Shown here: piece by piece, positions 48,013 to 61,460 of the stretch
Position numbering within the stretch: position 1 is the stretch's first letter
Layout of the letters: the number at the start of each line of letters is the position of its first letter
Origin: Eledone cirrhosa
Lineage: Eukaryota
Reading direction: 5' to 3'
DNA length: 64,000 bases
Assembly (NCBI GenBank): GCA_964016885.1
Contig: OZ024742.1
Coordinates: 181,288,001-181,352,000 of the forward strand
Made by a program: the position numbers and the translations under genes
Notes under the pieces: generated by a model
The model's input: the letters and a program-made list of their open reading frames with translations, nothing else
Databases searched by the model: none
Told to the model about the DNA's origin: nothing

Positions 48013-51000
48013 GATGTTGTTGTTGGTTGTGGCCATGGTGATGTTGTTGTTGGTGGTGGTGGTGATGATGTTTTTTGTGTAGATAGTGGTGTTGATGCTG
48101 TTGATTGTGGTGTTGCTGTTGTTGTTGATGGTGGTATTATTGTTGGTGTTGGTTGTGGCCTTGGTGTTGTTGTTGTTGTTGGTGGTGGTGGTGATGTTGT
48201 TTTTTGTGTTGATAGTGGTGTTGATGCTGTTGATTGTGGTGTTGCTGTTGTTATTGATGGTGGTATTATTGTTGTTGTTGATTGTGGCCTTGGTGTTGTT
48301 GTTGTTGTTGGTGGTGGTGGTGATGTTGTTTTTTGTGTTGATAGTGGTGTTGATGGTGTTGATTGTGGTGTTGCTGTTGTTGTTGATGGTGGTATTATTG
48401 TTGTTGTTGATTGTGGCCTTGGTGTTGTTGTTGTTGTTGGTGGTGGTGGTGATGTTGTTTTTTGTGTTGATAGTGGTGTTGATGGTATTGATTGTGGTGT
48501 TGCTGTTGTTGTTGATGGTGGTATTATTGTTGTTGTTAGTTGTGGCCATGGTGTTGTTGTTGTTGTTGTTGGTGGTGGTGGTGATGTTGTTTTTTGTGTT
48601 GATAGTGGTGTTGATGGTGTTGATTGTGGTGTTGCAGTTGTTGTTGATGGTGGTATTATTGTTGTTGTTGGTTGTGGCCATGGTGATGTTGTTGTTGTTG
48701 GTGGTGGTGATGTTGTTTTTTGTGTAGATAGTGGTGTTGATGGTGTTGATTGTGGTGTTGCTGTTGTTGTTGATGGTGGTATTATTGTTGTTGTTGATTG
48801 TGGCCTTGGTGTTGTTGTTGTTGTTGGTGGTGGTGGTGATGTTGTTTTTTGTGTTGATAGTGGTGTTGATGGTGTTGATTGTGGTGTTGCTGTTGTTGTT
48901 GATGGTTGTATTATTGTTGTTGTTGGTAGTGGCCATGGTGTTGTTCTTGCTGTTGTTGGTGGTGGTGATGTTGTTTTTTGTGTTGATAGTGGTGTTGATG
49001 CTGTTGATTGTGGTGTTGTTGTTGTTGTTGATGGTGGTATTATTGTTGTTGTTGGTTGTGGCCATGGTGATGCTGTTGTTGTTGGTGGTGGTGATGTTGT
49101 TTTTTTGTGTTGATAGTGGTGTTGATGGTGTTGATTGTGGTGTTGTTGTTGTTGTTGATGGTGGTATTATTGTTGTTGTTGGTTGTGGCCTTGGTGTTGT
49201 TGTTGTTGTTGGTGGTGGTGGTGATGTTGTTTTTTGTGTAGATAGTGGTGTTGATGGTGTTGATTGTGGTGTTGCTGTTGTTGTTGATGGTGGTATTATT
49301 GTTTTTGTTGGTTGTGGCCATGGTGATGTTGTTGTTGGTGCTGGTGGTGATGTTGTTTTTTGTGTTGATAGTGGTGTTGATGGCGTTGATTGTGGTGTTG
49401 CTGTTGTTGTTGATGGTGGTATTATTGTTTTTGTTGTTGTTGCTGGTGGTGGTGTTGTTGTTGTTGGTTGTGGCCATGGTGTTGTTGTTGTTGTTGCTGG
49501 TGGTGGTGGTGCTGTTGCTTTTTGTGTTGATAGTGGTGTTGATGGTGTTGATTGTGTTGTTGCTGTTGTTGATGGCAGTATTATTGTTGTTGTTGGTTGT
49601 GGCCATGGTGTTGTTGTTGTTGGTGGTGGTGATGTTGTTTTTTGTGTTGATTGTGGTGTTGATGGTGTCGATGGTGGTGTTGCTGTTGTTGTTGTTGTTG
49701 GTGGTGGTGCTGGTGATGTTGTTTTTTGTGTTGATAGTGGTGTTGATGGTGTTGATGGTGGTGTTGCTGTTGTTGTTGATGGTGGTATTATTGTTGTTGT
49801 TGATTGTGGCCATGGTGTTATTGTTGTTGTTGGTGGTGGTGATGTTGTTTTTTGTGTAGATAGTGGTGTTGATGGTGTTGATTTTGGTGTTGCTGTTGTT
49901 GTTGATGGTGGTATTATTGTTGTTGTTGGTGTGGCCATGGTGTTGTTGTTGTTGTTGTTGGTGGTGGTGATGTTGTTTTTTGTGTTGATAGTGGTGTTGA
50001 TGGTGTTGATTGTGGTGTTGCTGTTGTTGTTGATGGTGGTATTATTGTTGTTGTTGGTTGTGGCCATGGTGTTATTGTTGTTGTTGGTGGTGGTGATGTT
50101 GTTTTTTGTGTAGATAGTGGTGTTGATGGTGTTGATTGTGGTGTTGTTGTTGTTGTTGATGGTGGTATTAATGTTGTTGCGCGTTGAGGCCATGGTGTTG
50201 TTGTTGTTGATCGTGTTGGTGGTGGTGTTGTTTTTTGTGTTGATAGTGGTGTTGATGGTGTTGATTGTGGTGTTGCTGTTGTTGTTGTTGGTGGTATTAT
50301 TGTTGTTGTTGGTTGTGGCCATGGTGATGTTGTTGTTGGTGGTGGTGGTGATGTTGTTTTTTGTATTGATAGTGGTGTTGATGCTGTTGATTGTGGTGTT
50401 GCTGTTGTTGTTGATGGTGGTATTATTGTTGTTGTTGGTTGTGGCCATCGTGTTGTTGTTGTTGTTGGTTGTGGCCATGGTGATGTTGTTGTTGTTGGTG
50501 GTGGTGGTGATGTTGTTTTTTGTGTTGATAGTGGTGTTGATGCTGTTGATTGTGTTGTTGCTGTTGTTGATGGTGGTATTATTGTTGTTGTTGGTTGTGG
50601 CCATGGTGTTGTTGTTGTTGTTGGTGGTGGTCGTGGTGATGTTGTTTTTTGTGTTGATAGTGGTGTTGATGGTGTTGATTGTGGTGTTGCTGTTGTTGTT
50701 GATGGTGGTATTACTGTTGTTGTTGGTTGTGGCCATGGTGTTGTTGTTGTTGTTGTTGTTGTTGGTGGTGGTGGTGTTGTTTTTTGTGTTGATAGTGGTG
50801 TTAATGGTGTTGATTGTGGTGTTGCTGTTGTTGTTGATGGTGGTATTATTGTTGTTGTTGGTTGTGGCCATGGTGTTGTTGTTGTTGTTGGTGGTGGTCG
50901 TGGTGATGTTGTTTTTTGTGTTGATAGTGGTGTTGATGGTGTTGATTGTGGTGTTGCTCTTGTTGTTGATGGTGCTATTATTGTTGTTGTTGGTTGTGGC

Positions 51001-51323
51001 CATGGTGTTGTTGTTGTTGTTGGTGGTGGTCGTGGTGATGTTGTTTTTTGTGTTGATAGTGGTGTTGATGGTGTTGATTGTGGTGTTGCTGTTGTTGTTG
51101 ATGGTGGTATTATTATTGTTGTTGGCTGTGGCCATGGTGCTGTTGTTGTTGTTGTTGTTGGTGGTGGTGATGTTGTTTTTTGTGTTGATAGTGGTGTTGA
51201 TGGTGTTGATTGTGGTGTTGCTGTTGTTGTTGATGGTGGTATTATTGTTGTTGTTGGTTGTGGCCATGGTGTTGCTGTTGTTGTTGATGGTGGTATTATT
51301 GTTGTTGTTGGTTGTGGCCATGG

Positions 51324-51354
<31 letters not shown>

Positions 51355-53297
51355 GATGTTGTTTTTTGTGTTGATAGTGGTGTTGATGGTGTTGATTGTG
51401 GTGTTGCTGTTGTTGTTGATGGTGGTATTATTGTTGTTGTTGGTTGTGGCCATGGTGTTGTTGTTGTTGTTGGTTGTGGCCATGGTGATGTTGTTGTTGG
51501 TGGTGGTGGTGATGTTGTTTTTTGTGTTGATAGTGGTGTTGATGGTGTTGATTATGGTGTTGCTGTTGTTGTTGATGGTGGTATTATTGTTGTTGGTTGT
51601 GGTCATGGTGTTGTTGTTGTTGTTGTTGTTGTTAGTGGTGATGTTTTTTGTGTTGATAGTGGTGTTGATGGTCTTGCTAGTGGTGTTGCTGTTGTTGTTG
51701 ATGGTGGTATTATTGTTGTTGTTGGTTGTGGCCATGGTGTTGTTGTTGTTGTTGCTGGTGGTGGTGGTGAAAATTGTTTTTTGTGTTGATAGTGGTGTTG
51801 ATGGTGTTGATTATGGTGTTGCTGTTGTTGTTGATGGTGGTATTATTGTTGTTGTTGGTTGTGGCCATGGTGACGTTGTTGTTGGTGGTGGTGATGTTGT
51901 TTTTTGTGTAGATAGTGGTGTTGATGGTGTTGATTGTGGTGTCGCTGTTGTTGTTGATGGTGCTATTATTGTTGTTGTTGGTTGTGGCCATGGTGATGCT
52001 GTTGTTGTTGGTGGTGGTGATGTTGTTTTTTGTGTAGATAGTGGTGTTGATGGTGTTGATTGTGGTGTCGCTGTTGTTGTTGATGGTGCTATTATTGTTG
52101 TTGTTGGTTGTGGCCATGGTGATGCTGTTGTTGTTGGTGGTGGTGATGTTGTTTTTTGTGTTGATAGTGGTGTTGATGGTGTTGATTGTGGTGTTGTTGT
52201 TGTTGTTGATGGTGGTATTATTGTTTTTGTTGGTTGTGGCCATGGTGACGTTGTTGTTGGTGCTGGTGGTGATGTTGTTTTTTGTGTTGATTGTGGTGTT
52301 GATGGTGTTGATGGTGGTGTTGCTGTTGTTGTTGTTGTTGGTGGTGGTGCTGGTGATGTTATTTTTTGTGTTGATAGTGGTGTTGATGGTGTTGATGGTG
52401 GTGTTGCTGTTGTTGTTGATGGTGGTATTATTGTTGTTGTTGATTGTGGCCATGGTGTTGTTGTTGGTGGTGGTCGTGGTGATGTTTTTTTTTGTGTAGA
52501 TAGTGGTGTTGATGGTGTTGATTGTGGTGTTGCTGTTGTTGTTGATGGTGGTATTATTGTTGTTGTTAGTTGTGGCCATGGTGTTGTTGTTGTTGTTGCT
52601 GGTGGTGGTGGTGCTGTTGTTTTTTGTGTTGATAGTGGTGTTGATGCTGTTGATTGTGTTGTTGCTGTTGTTGATGGTGGTATTATTTTTGTTGTTGGTT
52701 GTGGCCATGGTGTTGTTGTTGTTGGTGGTGGTGGTGATGTTGTTCTTTGTGTTGATAGTGGTGTTGATGGTGTTGATTGTGGTGTTGCTGTTGTTGTTGA
52801 TGGTGGTATTATTGTTGTTGTTGGTTGTGGCCATGGTGACGTTGTTGTTGGTGGTGGTGGTGATGTTGTTTTTTGTGTTGATAGTGGTGTTGATGGTATT
52901 GATTGTTGTTTTGCTGTTGTTGTTGTTGTTGGTGGTGGTGCTGGTGATGTTGTTTTTTGTGTTGATAGTGGTGTTGATGGTGTTGATTGTGGTGTTGCTC
53001 TTGTTGTTGATGGTGGTATTATTGTTGTTGTTGGTTGTGGCCATGGTGTTGTTGTTGTTGGTGGTGGTGCTGGTGATGTTGTTTTTTGTGTTGATAGTGG
53101 TGTTGATGGTGTTGATTGTGGTGTTGCTGTTGTTGTTGATGGTGGTATTATTGTTGTTGTTGGTTGTGGCCATGGTGTTGTTGTTGTTGTTGGTGGTGGT
53201 GGTGATGCTGTTTTTTGTGTTGATGGTGTTGATTGTGGTGTTGCTCTTGTTGTTGATGGTGGTATTATTGTTGTTGTTGGTTGTGACCATGGTGTTG

Positions 53298-53329
<32 letters not shown>

Positions 53330-54005
53330 GATGTTGTTTTTTTGTGTTGATAGTGGTGTGGATGGTGTTGATTGTGGTGTTGCTGTTGTTGTTGATGGTG
53401 GTATTATTGTTGTTGCTGGTTGTGGCCATGCTGTTGTTGTTGTTGATCGTGTTGGTGGTGGTGTTGTTTTTTGTGTTGATAGTGGTGTTGATGGTGTTGA
53501 TTGTGGTGTTGCTGTTGTTGTTGATGGTGGTATTATTGTTGTTGTTGGTTGTGACCATGGTGTTGTTGTTGTTGTTGTTGTTGGTGGTGGTGTTGTTTTT
53601 TGTGTTGATAGTGGTGTTGATGGTGTTGATTGTGGTGTTGCTGTTGTTGTTGATGGTGGTATTACTGTTGTTGCTGGTTGTGGCCATTGTGTTGTTGTTG
53701 TTGTTGGTGGTGGTGGGTATGTTGTTTTTTGTGTTGATAGTGGTGTTGATTGTGGTGTTGCTGTTGTTGATGATGGTGGTATTATTGTTGTGTTGATTGT
53801 GGCCATGTTGTTATTGTTGTTGTTGGTGGTGGTGGTGATGTTGTTTTTTGTGTTGATAGTGGTCTTGATGGTGTTGTTGTTGTAGGTGGTGGTGGTGCTG
53901 GTGATGTTGCTGCTAATGTTGTTAATATTGTTGCAGTTTCTGATGTTATTGTTTTTGTTGTTGTAGGTATTAGTATCTGTATTGTTGTTTTTCTTGATGT
54001 TGTAG
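46397..54005. repeat. Triplet-built (GTT/GGT/GAT) minisatellite, unit about 120-130 bp, 7.6 kb
   Basis: TGTGGCCATGGT(GTT)n(GGT)nGATGTTGTTTTTTGTGTTGATAGTGGTGTTGATGGTGTTGATTGTGGTGTTGCT(GTT)nGATGGTGGTATTATT(GTT)nGGT, with simpler degenerate triplets at both edges. Confidence 0.97.
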
Positions 54006-54147
54006 TTCTTGAAAAGACATATATCATCATCTTTATTTAACTACTACTTTCCCTGCTCGCAAGGGTTGGACAGGTTTACATAGACCACATCAGTAATGAA
54101 GCTGGACAACTCACCTCCTAGACAGGCTGAGAGATCTGCACCCTGTT

Positions 54148-54425
54148 TCATCATCATCATCATCACCGTTTTATGTCCGTTCTTCCATGCTAGCATGGGT
54201 TAGATGGGTTGTCCTGTTGTGGGCATTGTGCGGTCGGTTGACCTTGTCTCGCTCATACAGGAACTGATTTTGACTTGATTTCTACAGATGGATGCCCTTC
54301 CTAACACCAACCTCATTTACGGTGACTGCTGGGTGCTTTTTTTCCGTGGCACCTACACGCCACTTTACAGTGTGGGCTGGTTGCTTTTTTGCCATTGCAC
54401 CTCCACGACCACTTAGCAGTGGGTG
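54148..54425 (-). mobile_element. (GAT)n-tailed retroposon, 3' part
   Basis: (CAT)n..TTCCATGCTAGCATGGGTTAGATGGGTTGTCC...GGATGCCCTTCCTAACACCAACC; reverse match to 1760-1982. Confidence 0.72.
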
Positions 54426-54953
54426 GGTGTGGAGGCATATTGTCTATATGCTTCAGCTTGTACCCATGGGAAGTCGGGTACTCTGTATTACTGCGTGACG
54501 CCAGAGGTCACGGTCGTGTGTGTGTATATATATATATACATACATACATACACATATATATATGCATACATACACACACACATATATATATATATATCTG
54601 TGTATATATATATATGACGTATTATCTTCGTTTTTTCCGTTCATTGCCAGAGAACGTCTCTATGAACCACCTAAGAGAATATTAGTCTACGACTTCCCTT
54701 ATACCACAAACGTGGTCTTGTCTTTGCATGTAATTGTTTTTCACCGCTCCAAATAATGACATATTATATTCGTTTTTTCCCGTTCTTTGCCAGGGAACGT
54801 TTCCACGAACCAAAGTATTGTCCTCCTGTCTTCCTCCGCTTGCAATTTTTTATCGAAATATTCACTTCTGCGTTCACAGATCGACTTTGTTAGTTTCAGA
54901 AGATCCCGCTAAGGGTGAAAGTAGCGATTCCTTGCCCAAACTTTAATCTGTTA

Positions 54954-55035
<82 letters not shown>

Positions 55036-55609
55036 TACATTGTAGGTCGCTTTAACCCGTCTCTTATTATTCAAAAAACTTCTTGCCAATAAACATTAAC
55101 CCTTTATGTATGGTTATACATTCTATCGACTGCAGAGGAGAAATTGTCGTATCTTTTGATACAAACTGAAGGGTCTTCCCAGCCCCTTGTTTGGCAAGTT
55201 TTCTATGATTGTATGCCCTTTCTAACACTAACCATTTTACAGCGTGTACTCAGAGATTTTATTGTGTAGATCACTAAGGAGGTTGTCATGTCCTTGATAC
55301 AACTAAAGAGTCCTCCCAACCCTTTGTTTGGCAATCTTCCAATAGCTGGATTCCCTTCCTATCACCAACCACTGTACAGCATGCACTGGGTGCATTTCTT
55401 GTGCAGATCACCAACTAAGGGTCCTCTCAACCCATTTTAGGTATAAACAAAATAATTCAAACAAAATATTGTATGCCAAGTTGCTAAAAACTATATATGT
55501 ATGTGCTTGTTTGAGTGCAAATGAGTGCATCTGTATATGTATATGTGTGTATGTGTGTGTATGGAAAAGGTGCTTAACTTTTGGTGGGGCACCATCCTGA
55601 TACAAGGCA

Positions 55610-55880
55610 CGTTTTCAAACTGGAGAGGCCCATTCCTCTCTTAGTTTGTAAACAGCTGATTTCTTCCAGAGATAACAAGAGAGAAAGAGTGAGAGAGAGA
55701 GAATATGAAACAGAAGAAGAATCAACCTCAGTGTTGAACTGATACTTTATTTATTGATCTCAAAAGGATGAAAGGCAATGTCGCCCTCGGTGGTATTTGA
55801 ACTCAGAACACAGTGCAGTAACCAGAACAAAAATTGAGGCATTTAATCTGATACTGCAGCAACTCTGCCAAATTACTGCC
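55610..55880 (-). mobile_element. SINE, same subfamily as 39461-39690
   Basis: Plus strand GGATGAAAGGCAA..TTTGAACTCAG..CTCTGCCA and tail CCCATTCCTCTCTT..GATTTCTTCCAGA. Confidence 0.65.
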
Positions 55881-55989
55881 TTGTGTGTATGTGTATCTAC
55901 AATATATATATACAAATATACAGGAATATCCTGTCTCAAAATGTAGGTTCAATATAAGCTGAATCTACTACACAGCCTTAGGTGTATTA

Positions 55990-56300
55990 GGGGGAAGCCT
56001 GCAGCGTCCAAGCCATGCTTAATGACCTCGTTGAGGGCAGCATGGCGTGGAATGCGGCCGGCACTGTGGCAACAGGAAAGCGGGTGGATGCCGAAAGAGT
56101 TCACGGTGGAACCGCAGCGACATTGGTGTGGCTCGCAGATCCGGTGGCCGAGCCTCAGGGAAACGCCGATTTGCAGGCTATGGTTGTCTAGCTGTGTGCT
56201 AGTGGAGAAAGAGGGCAGAGCATGCAGTCAGGAACCACTGTGGGTTTTGGAGGCCGCACGAAAACAAGCAAGGTGTGCTGGTTGAGCTGGCGTGTGAGCC
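55990..56300 (-). pseudogene. CRE-clade non-LTR retrotransposon fragment (region ahead of the restriction-like endonuclease)
   Basis: Minus strand: FRAASKTHSGS*LHALP...LDNHSLQIGVSLRLGHRICEPHQCRCGSTVNSFGIHPLSCCHSAGRIPRHAALNEVIK. Matches the CRE motifs SGAWL, LRLG, CxCG-x-H-xx-C and RHxxLN. TGA replaces W. Confidence 0.82.
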
Positions 56301-56539
56301 TGTCTGAGGCCAGGCTGCACTGGATAGCATCCCAATGAAGTCAAGTTTTATTGACACTACTAAATAAACACTGTCTGGAATATGACATTACATTTGGGAT
56401 CATCCTATTTTATTTCTAGAACTATATTAAGCCAGGTGGTGGTATTAAGTTAGACATGGCATATACCAATATTATCTAAAACCAACCAAAGTTATTATCC
56501 AATGTATTCTACTATTTTTAAGCTGCTGGGCTATTTGGT

Positions 56540-56678
56540 AAATGGGCAGAGTTGTTCGAACATCAGATTAAAAGGATCTGCTGCATTTGTACTGGTTCTC
56601 TGCATTCTGAATTCAAATCCTGCCAGGGTAAAATTTGCCTTTCATTCTTATAGGCTCGATAAATAAAGTACTAGTTGA
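56540..56678 (+). mobile_element. Decayed family-A-like SINE fragment
   Basis: ATTCAAATCCTGCC..TTTGCCTTTCATTC..TCGATAAATAAAGTACTAG. Confidence 0.65.
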
Positions 56679-58211
56679 AGGGCAGTGGCTTAGTGAAATT
56701 GGTAGAATGTTAGATGCGATGCCTTGTGGTTCCACCATAAAAGTATGATTGAAGTTTCTTAGATAAATATATACACTTCAAAACAAATAGTTTTGTACCA
56801 TAGAACTAGGGGAAGATTCAGGAGGTCTGAATGTTTCGAGGTTATGTATATTTTGATATAATGTAGTGTTAGTTCTATGATAAAATGTACAGTGTAAAGT
56901 GGTAGAGCTCATGCCATAATAAATTGGACCCTGTACACACTGCAAATTAGTAGTGTTTTTGCTTTGAAATACACCCAGTACACTGTATTGTGGCATCCAT
57001 CTGTAGCAAGCATGCCAAAATTAAGCATGAGTATGGTACAATTCTTAGACCTGCCAAAGTGGATATATGATGGTGATGATGATGATTGTTATATATATTT
57101 TGTCTTCTCACTAATAAAAGGAGTGAAGCGTTGGGTAAAATATTTCACAAATATTTAGAAAAATCACTGGTATTTCTCCGGTTGACAACTACTGATAGGT
57201 AGATTACATGAATGGTACTAAGAAAGATACTGAAACAAAAATAGACGTGTGTGTTAGTGTGGAGGCTGGAGTGAGGGAAAGCAGGAAAACACATCAAAAA
57301 CAATCATTTAGATTATAAATATTTATAAGTTTTAATAATAAATATGATCACATTGAAACATAAAAGTAAAATCACAGACAATGGATTGTATTTAAAATTG
57401 TTCATAGTGATATGTGTGGTGTGATTAAAGCTCAATAAGTTCATGTAGGAAATGACAATTTGATTTCAGCTCACAACCAAAAGTGAAATGTGTGTATATG
57501 TTCATGCAGACAGCATTTAGGATTTAAGATGATTTCTAACCATGACCGGGATCATGTTATCCAATGTCTAGTACCTTCTGATGCTTTTGGATTTCAAGCC
57601 TTTATATATAGCAGTGAAAAAGCATTCATGATTTGTTAAGGATAACAGAATCGCCAGTCAAATTTGCTGAATAGAAAAGCACTTGTCATTTACTATCAGA
57701 AAAACACCTGTTGTTTACTTTGTCACAATCTATTTGCTATATTGCTTTCCCCTATCTGACATGAAAGCAAATCAAGAGTTATTGGTTTCAAATCCAGACA
57801 GAAACCTCTTACACTAATATGAAAAGACATTATGAAAAGATGAAAAAAAATGAAATGCACTTTACAGCTCACATCTATGTGGGTTTTATCTTGTAAGAAA
57901 ATTCTTAGGTATTTTAATGATAGTGACCTTACTCCTATCATATTGTTGCCATTCTTATGTAGGTTTAGCTGGTCTCCCACGAGGTTACATCTCAGAGGAA
58001 GGTTCTCAGGTGTTTTAATGATAAGGGGCTCAATCCCACCATGTTGTTGATATAGATTGTAGCTATGCAAGATTAGCAGGCTTTATATATGAAGCTACTT
58101 GGATGTTTTAATGACAGGGATGCTAATCTTATAAAATGCAACATGAAATTATGAGTCTTGCTCAAGAACACATTGTACTGCTTGGTTCAGGAATTGAACC
58201 CACAGCCTTAA

Positions 58212-58432
58212 CCCTTTAGCATTTAAACCGACTGTATCTGGCAGGAATTCTATCACCTCTTTCTGTTGAAACCAGATGTAACTGGCCATTCATACTGATG
58301 TTAGGGTATCGTTCTCAAAATAAATAATATCAAAATCTCATAGATTCGATATCATGTGAGAAAATTTTGTGAAGTAAAGCCTTTACCCTGAAAATACAAT
58401 AGTAAATATAGAGTAATGTAAATGCTAAAGGG
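58212..58432. mobile_element. piggyBac-type MITE inserted in a SINE head
   Basis: TTAA-CCCTTTAGCATTT...AAATGCTAAAGGG-TTAA. The flanks rejoin to a family-B tRNA head (about 58155-58484, minus strand). Confidence 0.9.
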
Positions 58433-58803
58433 TTAAGATAATGAGTCCAAAACCTTCCTAACCACTAGGCAACTCACCTGCACTATGAAAAAAACAAACA
58501 AACTATATAGTAAAGTCAAATATCTGCAACACTCAATATAATGTACAAAAATGTTTACTGGTGTGTTTTAATAAACCTTTAGATTAAGATCTTCATACAC
58601 ATCAGTGAGTCGTACATTGCTTCATTGTCATCCTTGTGTAATCATGTAATCATATAATCACCTCATTAGAATGACATTCAACCTCAAGACACTGCATTAC
58701 AAGTGTCTGTAACAAAAACACCTGTATTGTTACCTTTGTCTCTAATTATTGTTAACTCATGTAAATGAACTGTAGTTTAATTTGAATTACTTTAGTCACA
58801 GAT

Positions 58804-59806
58804 TCATCATCATCATCATCACTACCATCAGCAGCATCATCATCATCGCTATCATGATCATCACTACCATCAGCATCATCCTCATCATTGTCATTGTCAT
58901 TATCCTTACCATCATAACTATCATCATCAGCATCATCTTCACCATTATCTCCATTATCATCATCATCATCATCACTATCATTAGCAGCAGCAACATCATC
59001 ATCATTGTGATCATCATGATTATTGTCTTTATTACCATCATCATCATTGTCATCATCATTATTGTCATCATCATCCTCATTGACATCATTGGTCTCATCA
59101 TCATCAGTAACACTGCCACCACCACCACCACCACCACCACCACCACCATCATCATAATAAACAGCATTGTTGTCAACATTATGATTTTCATGGATCTGCA
59201 TCAACAAAAATAACCTCACCACCATCACCACCAGCAACAATAATATCACCATCATCACCACCAGCAACAATAACCTCACCACCATCACCACCAGCAACAA
59301 TAATACCACCACCACCATCACCACCAGCAACAATAATACCACCACCACCATCACCACCAGCAACAATAACCTCACCACCATCACCACCAACAACAATAAC
59401 CTCACCACCATCACCACCAGCAACAATAACCTCACCACCATCACCACCAGCAACAATAATACCACCACCATCACCACCAGCAACAATAACCTCACCACCA
59501 TCACCATCAGGAACAATAATACTACCACCATCAGCACCAGCAACAATAATATCACCACCATCACCACCAGCAACAATAATACTACCACCATCACCACGAG
59601 CAACAATAATATCACCACCATCACCACCAGCAACAATAATACTACCACCATCACCACCAGCAACAATAATACTACCACTAGCAACAATAACCTCACCACC
59701 ATCACCATCAGGAACAATAATAACACCACCATCACCCCCAGCATCAATAACCTCACCACCATCACCACCAGCAACAATAATACCACCACCACCAACAACA
59801 ACAACA
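58804..59806. repeat. Degenerate (CAT)n followed by a 30-bp CAC/CAA-based minisatellite
   Basis: (CAT)n-like 58804-59160; AACCTCACCACCATCACCACCAGCAACAAT about 20 times at 59210-59790. Confidence 0.93.
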
Positions 59807-60273
59807 TTCACTAAATGTTTTCACTGATAGGTCTATTAGAGAACTCACTGTGCACACACACACACACCTCTGCCTCTTAGTTATAATATAGAATCATGTT
59901 TTCTTGGGGTTTTGTTTAATTTCATAATAGAGACAGCCATCTTGGAAATACAGTTGATGTCCACTCTCTAATTGTCACTGCCAGAGGCTCTCTGTGCCTA
60001 CTCACAACTATATCAATATCTAGAACCATAAGTGAAAGCACAATATATGCTACCACAAGCCTTCTGCTGCTAAGGGGCTTTTGGGCTTGAGTCCCTCCAA
60101 TAATGTGGAAAATAATTTGTTTCAATGTACTTGTGCTTTGATTTTGACTACACTGATTTTTCATTGACCCTAAATATGTTAATATGATCATGTTTTTAAT
60201 TTCTTTCTTAGTCTCATATTGGTAATAAAAAAGTATGAGCTAATAATAATAATACACATGTACAGTATATATA

Positions 60274-60545
60274 GGGAGGTGCATGGCCTAGTGGTAAGGG
60301 TGTTGGACGTATGATCATAGTGTTGTGGATTCGATTCCTGGGTTGTGTTGTGTTCTTGAGCAAAACACTTCATTTCATGTTTCTCCAGTATATTCAGCTG
60401 AAAATGAGTACCAGAAATTAACCCTGTGATGGACTGGCCTCCTGTCCAGGGTGAAGTCTTGTACTCTCAGTCACTTCATGCCATGAAACCGGGGTAAGCA
60501 CTGGCCTAACAAGCTTTCTGGCTTGAGACAGACTTTAGACTTTAA
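60274..60545 (+). mobile_element. tRNA-derived SINE, family B, full length
   Basis: TGGCCTAGTGG A-box, GATTCGATTCC B-box, TTCTTGAGCAAAACACTT core, CCCTGTGATGGACTGGCCTCCTGTCCAGGG block, (GACTTTA)2 tail. TSD ACAGTATATATA at 60262-60273 and 60546-60557. Confidence 0.92.
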
Positions 60546-60779
60546 ACAGTATATATACTTAAGACCCAGTAATCCCAAAATTGTAACAGAAGCTTTGCAT
60601 CAAGTCATCCTTGATTGCAAGTGATGGTTGTAGTTTAGTTAACATCTTACATATTCACCAAGGCAGCTGAAGTTTTGCAGCCAACTCCACCAAACTACTC
60701 GAGAAAAAAACATGTTTGTCCAGTAGTGGCCCTACTATCATTAAATTCTTTCATTATAGTCTATAGACACCAACCCTTC

Positions 60780-61460
60780 TTCTTATTAATGTGTTCTACT
60801 AAACACTCCCTCCCCCATCCAAGTGTTCTTCTAAACACAACCCTCCCACTAAAATGTTCTGTTAAACAACAAACTCTTATTAAGGTGTTCTATTAAACTC
60901 CAACCCTTATTAACGCATTCTATTATCCCCCATTAAAGTGTTCTATTAAACATCAACCCCCTATTAAAGTATTTTATTAAACACCAGCCTGTCTATTAAA
61001 GTAGTCTAACAAACACCAACATGCCTATGAAAGTGTTCTATTAAACACCAACATGCCTTTTGAAGTGTTCTATTAAAACAACCTACCTATTAAAGTGTTC
61101 CATTAAATATCAAACCCTATTGAAGTGTTTTATTAAACATCAGCCTGTCTATTAAAGTGTTCTATTAACCCTTTAGCATTTACATTACTCTATATATACT
61201 ATTGTTTTTTCACGGTAAACACATTATCTCACATAATTATCTCATATAATATCAAATCTATGAGATTTTGATATTATTTATTTTGAGAACAATACCTTAA
61301 CATAAGTATGAGCAGCCAGTTACAGCCGGTTTGAACAGAAAGAGGTGAGGGAATTCTGGTTGGATGCAGCCGGCTGAAATGCTAAAGGGTTAAACACCAG
61401 CCTGCCTATGAAAGTGTTCTATTAAACACCAGCCTGCCTATTAAAGTGTTATATTAAATT
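60780..61460. repeat. Degenerate satellite of about 32 bp
   Basis: CTATTAAAGTGTTCTATTAAACACCAGCCTGC and variants. Confidence 0.85.
61169..61389. mobile_element. piggyBac-type MITE, same family as 58212-58432, opposite orientation
   Basis: 13-bp TIRs and TTAA TSD (61165-61168, 61390-61393). Excision restores an exact satellite unit GTGTTCTA-TTAA-ACACCAGCC. Confidence 0.92.

Noticed and set aside
54897-54930. CAGAAGA-TCCC..GGGT-GAAA hammerhead-like string; similar partial motif at about 16589-16620
   Set aside because: The core deviates from CUGANGA and stems I and III are not supported. At most these are dead Penelope-like remnants.
58752-59811. Asp/Gly-rich and Val/Leu-rich ORFs
   Set aside because: Products of CAT/CAC/CAA triplet repeats, open in several frames, with no splice or domain evidence.
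60274-60345. tRNA-like sequences with A and B boxes (here and in other SINEs)
   Set aside because: These are SINE heads followed by body, tail and TSD, with no complete cloverleaf. Not tRNA genes.
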